A DNA stretch of 64,000 bases from Archaeoglobus sp. JdFR-37 (GTDB lineage Archaea > Halobacteriota > Archaeoglobi > Archaeoglobales > Archaeoglobaceae). The position numbers and the translations under genes are program-made. The DNA lies in contig MTMY01000047.1 in NCBI GenBank assembly GCA_002010215.1, forward strand, positions 1-64,000, in the 5' to 3' direction. This document shows positions 1 through 7,777 of the stretch, piece after piece. The stretch's first letter is position 1. The number at the start of each line of letters is the position of its first letter. The notes beneath the pieces were generated by a model. It made no database searches and was not told the origin of the DNA. It worked only from the letters and a program-made list of their open reading frames with translations.

Positions 1-108
1 GAAGTTTCATCGCCGGTGAAGGTGAAGTACAGGCTTACAGAGAAAGGAAGGGATCTTGCCAGGGTTGTGGAGGAGGTAAGAACGTGGGGTGAGAGATGGA
101 GAGAGTGA
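1..108 (+). CDS. HxlR-family winged-helix regulator, 3' end only (truncated by window)
   Basis: Frame 1 reads EVSSPVKVKYRLTEKGRDLARVVEEVRTWGERWRE*, matching the HxlR C-terminal P.V.Y.LT.KG..L...W pattern. Confidence 0.7.
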   Translation, partial: EVSSPVKVKYRLTEKGRDLARVVEEVRTWGERWRE

Positions 109-124
109 GATGAGAAGTGAGATG

Positions 125-590
125 TTAAATTATTGCGTATTTGTACATTTTCATTTTTGTAATGCTACCATCACTTGTAAACTCTGATTTGGACAGGACT
201 ACGTATTTACCGGTAATTTCCTGAATTATTGAAGCTACAGCTATTGCATAAGGACAAAAAGCCTTTTCAGGTTTGAGGATATCATGAATTCCAGATTTTG
301 CTAATTTACATTTGCCCACTTTTAGTTCAAAAACATCGTCACCAATTTTTGTAAAATCTACATCCTCTATGCGACCTCTAACTATAAAAATGTTTAATAG
401 TTTCATGACATTACTTTCGAGATTTATCTACTGAATATCCAAATTTACCTAAAAACTGTGGGATTTGTTTGGCTGCAAGAATTAACGCACTTCTATTTGG
501 AGCATTAATGGAACTTCCTAAGGCATAAAGTCTCGAATGTAGGAAAAATATCGCTTCACTCTCTAATGAATTTACACTTTCCGCATCCAT
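125..590 (-). pseudogene. Frameshifted hypothetical gene, possibly a V4R-like small-ligand-binding domain
   Basis: ATG at 590 opens MDAESVNSLESEAIFFLHSRLY...GYSVDKSRK*; a 1-nt shift near 420 continues NLESNV into ORF 125..406 (GKCKLA...FCPYA). Span 466 nt = 3n+1. Confidence 0.5.
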
Positions 591-775
591 AATCAGTTGA
601 GCTATACATCTTATATAAAATATTTATCTAGGGACTATTTTCTATCAAAATCGACAATATTTCAGATCAAACTTTTTAAGTTATTGAAACTACCGTCTCT
701 CTTTTCGCCTCAGTTCCGAAAAAGATTATAATACTCTGATCAGCTAATTTTCGCTACTCTAGCATCTCTCCGTCT

Positions 776-1234
776 TTATGGGTGCAGACTTTCGATCATT
801 TTTGTATGCTTCTTTTCCCATTCTAATAATTTTGAAATAACTTCCATCACCTTTTCCATTTTACTGCCCTTATCTTCTTCATTCAGAGTCTCCATTTCTC
901 TGAGAATGTCTTTATAAAGGTCTCTAGCCATCTCCTCCACTTTTCTCAAAACATAAAGTCTTTCGTGGCCGAATAGGTCTTCAATATCGTATTCTTTGAG
1001 ACTCCTCTGAGTTTGTGGATCCTCTCCAAGAAAAAGTAGGAGATCCTCAAGGATAAGTCTGTGTAATTCTGATTCTTTGTATATCTGGAAAATTACGCTT
1101 TTTTTCTTTTTATCTTCTTCTGCGAGGTACGTTCTGAACATTACGTTTGCCTCATTCGCCTCTACTTCGATAGCTCTCTTCAGGAGTTGAACTATGAGTT
1201 TGCTCTTCAACTCAGCATCGTTCATCAAACTCAC
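776..1234 (-). CDS. Ferritin-like/rubrerythrin-type four-helix protein
   Basis: Two E...ExxH units (EVEA...ESELH; EEMA...EKKH). Confidence 0.65.
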   Translation of the reverse strand: MSLMNDAELKSKLIVQLLKRAIEVEANEANVMFRTYLAEEDKKKKSVIFQIYKESELHRLILEDLLLFLGEDPQTQRSLKEYDIEDLFGHERLYVLRKVEEMARDLYKDILREMETLNEEDKGSKMEKVMEVISKLLEWEKKHTKMIESLHP

Positions 1235-1247
1235 GCTAGATACCCCC

Positions 1248-2301
1248 TCATAAATAAAAATATAAGAAATTAATTAAATTGAGTCTAAAATTTTTGCCAG
1301 TACTTCGGATATTTGGCTCATCAAGAAAACAGAGTGGTCTGTGAGAGTGTCTGAGCTTCATCCTCACTCTCGCTTTGAGAGGAAGAAGAATATCATGATG
1401 CTGCAGGCATCTGACAGTCTCACCAGACGGCAGGAGAATCGTGTAGAGGTGGTGCACTCCCTGAAACACTCTCTCCACAATCACTCCTTCTCCATCCTTA
1501 TTTTCTTCAATATCAATGAAATCTGGTCTAATCAGAACTTTAACAATATCTCCCTCTGAGAATGATCCTTCAGCCCCAAATTCACCCAGAATTGTGACAA
1601 TTACTCCGTTCTCAACTCTCCCTTCAATAAAGTCTGCAATGCCAACAAACTGTGCTACGAAAGTAGTTGCAGGCATGTGAAAAACCGCCTCAGGAGTGCC
1701 GACCTGCTTAAGCCTGCCCTCTCTCATAACACCTGTCCTGTCTGCCATGAATAAACCCCCCTCCTGATCATGGGTGACGAAGATTGCCGTGATTCCAGCT
1801 TCCGAAAGCATCTTTCTGATATCTGTCCTTATCTTCTTCCTGAGATCGACGTCGAGGTTTGAAAACGGCTCATCCAGAAGAATTACCTCCGGCTCAGAAG
1901 CAAGAGAACGGGCAATAGCAACCCTCTGCTGCTGCCCGCTTGAAAGCTCGTGTGGGTACCGTTCCTCCATTCCGGAAAGCCCAACAAGTTCCAAGGATTC
2001 TCTGATTCTCCTCCTCACTTCATTCTTTCCGAGGTTTCTCAGTCCAAACGCCACGTTTTCATAGACAGTCATGTGGGGAAAGAGTGCGTAATCCTGAAAG
2101 ACTATGTCAACCTTCCTCTTCTCAGGCGGTACCCAGATGCTTTTTCCTGCAACAGACATGGTACCTATCTCAACCTTCCCGCTATCTGGCTTTTCAAGCC
2201 CGGCAATCAGTTTTAGCGTTGTTGTCTTGCCACAGCTAGAGGGGCCGAGAAGACAGAATATCTCCCCTTCTCTTTCATCTCGACTATCTGCACTGCAGCA
2301 C
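1248..2301 (-). pseudogene. Decayed Fe3+/polyamine-type ABC transporter ATPase (FbpC/PotA-like)
   Basis: VFQDYALFPHM, LSSGQQQR, LLDEPFSNLD and a TOBE tail in ORF 1248..2159; Walker A (EGEIFCLLGPSSCGKTT) lies upstream in a different frame, with a shift near 2220. Confidence 0.8.
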
Positions 2302-2328
2302 TCCTCACCTTAACACCCCCTTTGAAAT

Positions 2329-2370
2329 TTAGGGAAACCTAATAATTTAAAAATTTTTCGGACAACCTAA
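2329..2370. promoter_or_regulatory. Two DtxR/IdeR-like boxes flanking a TATA-like element upstream of the iron ABC ATPase
   Basis: TTAGG-GAAA-CCTAA (2329-2342) and TTCGG-ACAA-CCTAA (2357-2370), with TTTAAAAA between them. Confidence 0.6.
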
Positions 2371-2443
2371 TAAAGATAACAGCTCTTTATTGATTATTTA
2401 ATAAATATTAAAAATATTAACGAAATAATTAATAAATAAAAAA

Positions 2444-2923
2444 CTAAATAACAACGATCCTTCCAACCATCTGATTCTTGTGGTATTTGCACACAAGGTC
2501 GTAGCTTCCAGCCTCATTGAACTTGACAAGTATTGATTTACCTGGACCTAGTGGCTCATCGACCAGCGGCTCATCGTGGCCAGATTCGAAAATTGTAACG
2601 GTATGTGTGCCCTCTTCGTTCCTAAACTCAATAATCTGTCCTTCTTTCACCTCAATGTTTGCTGGAGAAAACTCAAAGTTCTTGAGAGTTACTGTAACAG
2701 CTGGCTCACCTTCATCAACAACCACAGCCTCTTCATGAGCCTCAGCCCCTTCTTCATGGTCTTCTTCAGCTTTTTCAGGTGTGCTTACCGGTGTGCTGGC
2801 CGGAGTACTTACTGGTGTACTAATTTCCTTAACCTCTGGTTTGGACTGCTGAGCACATCCTGCTACAAGAACTGCCAGAACCAGCAGTGCTACCAGAATG
2901 TATACTTTCCTCATATCTACCAC
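2444..2923 (-). CDS. Type-1 blue-copper (halocyanin/plastocyanin-like) lipoprotein
   Basis: Lipobox LVAGC, Pro/Thr/Glu/His linker, ligands H (GTHTV) and C-x2-H-x3-M (CKYHKNQM). Confidence 0.8.
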   Translation of the reverse strand: MVDMRKVYILVALLVLAVLVAGCAQQSKPEVKEISTPVSTPASTPVSTPEKAEEDHEEGAEAHEEAVVVDEGEPAVTVTLKNFEFSPANIEVKEGQIIEFRNEEGTHTVTIFESGHDEPLVDEPLGPGKSILVKFNEAGSYDLVCKYHKNQMVGRIVVI

Positions 2924-2944
2924 CTCCTTTTATTTATCTCTTAT

Positions 2945-3412
2945 TCATCTCACCTCAAAAAACACCGAATCACCCAATACGGGCTGAGAAGGACCTTCAC
3001 CCACCATAGGGATGACGGTGTATCTGCCTTCGGGAGCGTCCTTACCTACATAAACTTCAAATGTTGCCTTCTGATTTTCTCCAATCACCCCTTCTTTAAC
3101 CGCGTAGATCTCCCCTTTAGGTGTGTAAATGACAATTTTTGCATAGAATCCAGAGTAGTCCATTTTCATTCCGGGAGCAAGGGCGTACACGGTTATCGAT
3201 AGCTTGGATGGCTTAGTGATGACGTTCTGGCTAACCAGTGCTGTAGGCTCCAACATATCTACCATCATCTGGCGCATTTCCTTCATGCGTTCTGTATTCT
3301 CATTTATTGGTTCATTTGTTATAGCCGTGTATCCCGATGTAATAGCCCAACTCGCTAGTATTAACACAAAAAACAAAATAGGGGGGAATTTTAAGACTTT
3401 ACCGAATCCCAT
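2945..3412 (-). CDS. Exported/membrane-anchored hypothetical protein with Met-rich segment and beta-rich domain
   Basis: N-terminal hydrophobic helix; RMKEMRQMMVDML; co-oriented within the operon. Confidence 0.6.
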   Translation of the reverse strand: MGFGKVLKFPPILFFVLILASWAITSGYTAITNEPINENTERMKEMRQMMVDMLEPTALVSQNVITKPSKLSITVYALAPGMKMDYSGFYAKIVIYTPKGEIYAVKEGVIGENQKATFEVYVGKDAPEGRYTVIPMVGEGPSQPVLGDSVFFEVR

Positions 3413-3414
3413 TT

Positions 3415-3822
3415 TTATTCACCCTCCACAATTATAACCCCTTTCATGAAATTATGCATGGGGCTGCACATTATCGTACACTTGAATACGTAAACACCTT
3501 CCTTATCCGCAACAAATTCAAAAGCCTTCTTTTCTCCAGGCTTTATTTCCCCAAGATCCACCCCTAGACTTTTTATTGTGAAGCCGTGGGTTACATCCAT
3601 CCCTTCTACAACAATCCTGACCTTTTCTCCTTTTTTCACCTTTATTACGCTGGGTTCAAAACCTCCTGCTTCTTTTACTTGTGCTCTGATAACAATGGTT
3701 TTGGGTTCTTTCTTCTCAGGATTAAGCACATCATCCCACATCGGAAGGAAAATGGCTGTTACTGATAGAACCACCAGCATTAAAGCCAAACCCTCAAACA
3801 ATACAATACCCTTCCTAGACAT
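3415..3822 (-). CDS. Membrane-anchored CuA-type cupredoxin (cytochrome c oxidase subunit II/NosZ C-domain-like)
   Basis: One TM helix, DVTHGF, and C-x3-C-x3-H-x2-M (CTIMCSPMHNFM). Confidence 0.8.
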   Translation of the reverse strand: MSRKGIVLFEGLALMLVVLSVTAIFLPMWDDVLNPEKKEPKTIVIRAQVKEAGGFEPSVIKVKKGEKVRIVVEGMDVTHGFTIKSLGVDLGEIKPGEKKAFEFVADKEGVYVFKCTIMCSPMHNFMKGVIIVEGE

Positions 3823-3831
3823 TTTTTCACC

Positions 3832-5856
3832 TCATCCTGCAACTATCCAAACGAATACCAGTCCAGCCATTGTATGGAGAATACCCATGACCAAAGTCGC
3901 TCTAAAGGCTTTAGCATGGTCGTTGAGGAGTTCCCTGGCTATATTATATGTGGTATTTATAGCTAGGGCCAATCCTATCAGCAACAGTGGTGCCTGAAGG
4001 TACGGCAATACTTCCGGACTGATTGGGTTCCACTCAAATTTCGTGCCAAATATGTTCCAGCCCCACCCTAGAGGATCAGAAAACGCAGTTATTGGGTAAG
4101 CCCAGTTCACCAGAATGAGTGAGAATGCAAAAGCGAGCCACAGGAACAATCCGTAGGGGACCAGTGCGTAACTGAAGGAAAGGAATAGTTGCCTCGTTGA
4201 TATGCCATTTTCACCTGCTAATTTCTTGGCAAGCCATGAGAATCCGTAAAATACTGCCGGATAACCCACAAGTGCAACCCCTGCTACTATTAATGCCCAT
4301 TTGAACCAGTTGTTTAGACCTTCCAGTGATGGTGTTAACAGACCAATTGTCGCCAGGTTGGCACCGTATATTATCCCCATGTTTCCCCAATCCTTAATCC
4401 AGAAGTAAGGGCCGAAGAAAACTAATTCGTAGAACACTGCCAATGTAAATCTTATGAAACCCATCCATGCTTCATCAAACTTATTCTTTGCTTTCGCAGC
4501 AATCTTGGCCAAATCTTGGCCAATCATTCTTAATTTAAGAGTCATGTTGTCGAGAGGGCAGGATCTAAGACATTCGTAGCACTGCCCACAGTAGGTATTC
4601 TCGTTGTGTCCACCAGGATATATCTTCCAAGGACACCCGTAACCGGTTGGGCTACCTCTTATGCACTCTTTTGGTCGATGTTTGTCACATACAGACTTGT
4701 CTCTACTTCTTACAGCAAAAATTGAAGCATTAGAGTGGTAACCTATGTATCCATTAGCCGGGCATATGCTTCTGCAGAAGTTTCTCTGGGGGTCAAATAT
4801 GATATGGGTAAACAAAGGTATGGCTATCAGCAATGCAAACAACAAACCAGTCACTACCGGTCTTGTAACAAGCCATGGCACGATAAGGGATATGCCAAGG
4901 AAGCTCAAGGCAGATACCCACATGTTATTAAGGCTTTTAGGCCACTTTTTACCCAAAGATGTCCACTTTCTTGGATTGTGAACACTGTATATTCTTCTTC
5001 TAGCAATCCACTCTCCGAATGCTGGAAGAGGACAGATAGTACACCAAGTTCTACTTCCAAATAAGATTAGAAACTCAACTGCCGCAAACCAGAGTATCCA
5101 CACGACGGCTATGGAGAAATTCTTGTTGCCTGTCGGGTTTCCAAAAAATCCGGCAGCTAATACTACCATGAAGATTAGGAGATTGGGTAAAATGAGGGTA
5201 AAGTGTGCTCCCCTCCACTGTAGGAACCTCTTGAGAATTGGTCCTATGACTCTTACCTTCAGCAGATCTAGATCTTTATCTAGGGAGACTCCAAGCATTC
5301 TGTTTTCTGGTGCTCGTGAAGTGTATAGGAGTGTTAAACCTGCAATAGTAAATGTTGAAGCCATTAGTATGTAAAAGAAGATGTTGGGTTTGACAATAAT
5401 ATCAGAGACCATAAATGGGTGTAGGGGGCCGCATGTTACAGAACATCGAAGCTTGATTTTTCCCGGTTTGTTGAAGGTTATCGGGCCGACTTCAACAATT
5501 TTTCCTGGTTCAATAACTATTCTATTGTCCCCAACTGCAGTAGGAGTGTATCCATCGATATAAAAGCCATGTGTGACATCTCCACTTATGACTCTAAATA
5601 CAATCCTGTCTCCCTCTTCGACTTCTAGAACACTTGGTTCTGATCCTTCAGGATATACTATTATTTTTGAACCGTCTTGAATTGCTTTTATTGCAAACCC
5701 AAACTGATATGCTTTGACAAATACTATCTTTGCATCCCCGTGGTCGTGAGGGTCGTTGAGCCACTCTTTTTCGCTAACAACATGGGCATTAACTGGGATG
5801 CCTAGAAGAAAGGCCAGTAAAATTGCTGAAATTATTACTAATATCTTACTACTCAT
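3832..5856 (-). CDS. CuA-type cupredoxin fused to a polytopic 4Fe-4S membrane protein (NosR/NapH/FixG-like)
   Basis: Signal peptide, DVTHGF + CSVTCGPLHPFM; many TM helices; C-x3-CP motifs (WCTICP, FCRSICP); ferredoxin motif CGQCYECLRSCP. Confidence 0.8.
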   Translation of the reverse strand: MSSKILVIISAILLAFLLGIPVNAHVVSEKEWLNDPHDHGDAKIVFVKAYQFGFAIKAIQDGSKIIVYPEGSEPSVLEVEEGDRIVFRVISGDVTHGFYIDGYTPTAVGDNRIVIEPGKIVEVGPITFNKPGKIKLRCSVTCGPLHPFMVSDIIVKPNIFFYILMASTFTIAGLTLLYTSRAPENRMLGVSLDKDLDLLKVRVIGPILKRFLQWRGAHFTLILPNLLIFMVVLAAGFFGNPTGNKNFSIAVVWILWFAAVEFLILFGSRTWCTICPLPAFGEWIARRRIYSVHNPRKWTSLGKKWPKSLNNMWVSALSFLGISLIVPWLVTRPVVTGLLFALLIAIPLFTHIIFDPQRNFCRSICPANGYIGYHSNASIFAVRSRDKSVCDKHRPKECIRGSPTGYGCPWKIYPGGHNENTYCGQCYECLRSCPLDNMTLKLRMIGQDLAKIAAKAKNKFDEAWMGFIRFTLAVFYELVFFGPYFWIKDWGNMGIIYGANLATIGLLTPSLEGLNNWFKWALIVAGVALVGYPAVFYGFSWLAKKLAGENGISTRQLFLSFSYALVPYGLFLWLAFAFSLILVNWAYPITAFSDPLGWGWNIFGTKFEWNPISPEVLPYLQAPLLLIGLALAINTTYNIARELLNDHAKAFRATLVMGILHTMAGLVFVWIVAG

Positions 5857-6274
5857 TTGATCCCTCCTTTAAAGTTTTATATTTCTTCCAAATTGTATCA
5901 GAGATTCTACTAAGGAGTTCAGAATAGGTTGGGTCAAGACCATCTGGATCTTTATCATCATTCCTCATTTCATCCAATTCGTCCCAGATAAACGAGGCTA
6001 GATTTTTACCTACCTCATACAGCTCGTTAGCCTCATCCACCTCTGAGGTATGCCTTCTGCCGGTAAGAGAAAGAACAGAATACAGAAGGATTGAACCACA
6101 ATAGGCTGCCTCACTTCTTTTATCAAGCCCTTCTTTTCTGGCTTTATAGATGTATTCTAGGACGTCAAGAGCGGGTTTAATGGCATCATCTCTGGAAAGA
6201 TCGTTTTTTCTGCTCCAGTACCATTTGTAAATGGCACTAGTTAGCTTCTGGATAGCTTCACTTTCCCCACCCAT
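5849..6274 (-). CDS. Hypothetical soluble helical protein, first gene of the copper/Fe-S operon
   Basis: 141-aa ORF with purine-rich RBS; its 3' end overlaps the start of the 674-aa gene. Confidence 0.6.
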   Translation of the reverse strand: MGGESEAIQKLTSAIYKWYWSRKNDLSRDDAIKPALDVLEYIYKARKEGLDKRSEAAYCGSILLYSVLSLTGRRHTSEVDEANELYEVGKNLASFIWDELDEMRNDDKDPDGLDPTYSELLSRISDTIWKKYKTLKEGSNE

Positions 6275-6330
6275 TTGTTTAACCCCCTAATCCGCCAATC
6301 CAGTCTCAGGGTATCCTTGCTTGACACAAC

Positions 6331-6366
6331 ATTTAAACAGGTACAATGATTCTCATTTTGTGAGAA
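6331..6366 (-). promoter_or_regulatory. TATA-like box plus TTCTCA-N5-TGAGAA operator of the copper/Fe-S operon
   Basis: ATTTAA (6331-6336), 13 nt, TTCTCA-TTTTG-TGAGAA (6350-6366). Confidence 0.65.
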
Positions 6367-6369
6367 CAA

Positions 6370-6894
6370 CTATCTCTTGCGATAGAATGTGTACATAATA
6401 AAAAAGATGGCTGCTAACATCAGTGCTAAAGCAATTAATCCATAATCCGATTTTGTTTTATTAGATGGGAAGAAATTTGGCTTCACATCGATGTAAAATC
6501 TATCCCCATATTGCTTTCCCTCATACTGAAACGTGTATAAAATAAAATATCTTCCTTCTTTGTCAAAGGTGTAGTTCAGTTCATAATGTCCCTTATGAGG
6601 GTTTTTTTGTAGTAAAAAGGTAGCGTAACTGCTATCTCTAGAAATTACAAGCGTAAGGTTGTTAACATCAATTGCCTCGAAGCTACTAGCATTCTGAAAA
6701 TGGAATACAATATTTACCACTTCTTCTGAAAGAGGAGAGTCTGGTTTTATTTCAGTAGTTATTAATACTCCATTTATTTTATCTGAATAATAAGTTGCTG
6801 CTAAAAGATTCATGTATATGCTTAATACAGAAATGTTTAATAATAATAGTAATAAAATAAAGGAAGTAATAGGAAGCCTTCTTGTAATTCTCAT
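6370..6894 (-). CDS. YtkA/FixH-like exported Ig-fold protein with C-terminal membrane anchor
   Basis: N- and C-terminal TM helices; KGHYELNYTFDKEGRYFI resembles the YtkA G.Y....F...G.Y pattern. Confidence 0.55.
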   Translation of the reverse strand: MRITRRLPITSFILLLLLLNISVLSIYMNLLAATYYSDKINGVLITTEIKPDSPLSEEVVNIVFHFQNASSFEAIDVNNLTLVISRDSSYATFLLQKNPHKGHYELNYTFDKEGRYFILYTFQYEGKQYGDRFYIDVKPNFFPSNKTKSDYGLIALALMLAAIFFIMYTFYRKR

Positions 6895-6918
6895 ATTATG
6901 TTAATGACTTTTTGTTAT

Positions 6919-6975
6919 ATTTAACATATGGTGACAATTCTCATAGTATGAGAATTAAACGACACATTTAATAAA
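6919..6975. promoter_or_regulatory. Divergent promoter with central perfect palindromic operator
   Basis: AATTCTCATA-G-TATGAGAATT (6936-6956); TATA-like boxes at 6919-6924 (minus) and 6968-6975 (plus), each 13 nt from the TTCTCA-N5-TGAGAA core. Confidence 0.7.
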
Positions 6976-7002
6976 AAATGGGGGGAAGAAGGTAAATCAT
7001 CC

Positions 7003-7350
7003 ATGAATGATAGAAAAAAGAGATATCTTAAGTACCTGTGTAACGAGCACTCAAATAAGATTTTGGTATCGCTGATGGAGAAAGAATTATCTGCAAATGA
7101 GATAAGCAAAGAGTGTAACATTCCCCTCCAGACAGTTTACAGAATCCTGAAGCAGCTGGAGAACGATGGGCTCATCAGAGTGAGCAGAATGAAGCTTGAT
7201 GAACAGGGCCATCACTTCAAAATATTTAAGGCTAATGTAATTCGAATTCTAGTAATGGTGGATGGGAATGGGGTTGAAATTAGGCTGTTTGAAGAAGATA
7301 AGGCAGAACGTCTCGCATCATTATGGAAGAGTCTTAAGGAGGTGAAATGA
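7003..7350 (+). CDS. ArsR/TrmB-like winged-helix transcriptional regulator
   Basis: SANEISKECNIPLQTVYRILKQLENDGLI HTH. Confidence 0.8.
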   Translation: MNDRKKRYLKYLCNEHSNKILVSLMEKELSANEISKECNIPLQTVYRILKQLENDGLIRVSRMKLDEQGHHFKIFKANVIRILVMVDGNGVEIRLFEEDKAERLASLWKSLKEVK

Positions 7351-7632
7351 GTGACCCATACAATTCTGCATGTAGTGGTTTTTACGTTTAAGATAATTGG
7401 TTTTGTTATAAGTATGTATATAGCATTATTAAGTTATCGCTCTTATATTAAGAAAGCAGATAGGTCCATGCTGTTTCTCGGTGCTGGATTTGCGGTAGTT
7501 TCTTTTGCCATTATAATCGAAGGAATAATTTACGAAGTGTTACTGTTAAGTTTAGAAATTGCTCACACACTCCAGAATGTTCTCTTCACAATAGGGATGA
7601 TACTAATATATTTATCACTAAGAGAAAATTGA
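7351..7632 (+). CDS. Small three-TM membrane protein coupled to the wHTH regulator
   Basis: Hydrophobic 93 aa; GTG start abuts the TGA of the regulator. Confidence 0.65.
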   Translation: MTHTILHVVVFTFKIIGFVISMYIALLSYRSYIKKADRSMLFLGAGFAVVSFAIIIEGIIYEVLLLSLEIAHTLQNVLFTIGMILIYLSLREN

Positions 7633-7777
7633 CAATTCTCAATCTTCCCATTTTGTCTGCTAGATGCAAGGAAAGAGGATAATGTGTAAAATTAAAGGAT
7701 AAAATTAAAGGAATTAAATAACCATAAATAACTAAGTTAGAGAATATATATCTCTTCTCTAAGGTTTTATTTCAAAA

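Noticed and set aside
2576..3202. 208-aa plus-strand ORF and many similar antisense ORFs (e.g. 30308..30901, 49464..50183, 58823..59563)
   Set aside because: They lie opposite well-supported genes and have no motifs; shadow ORFs
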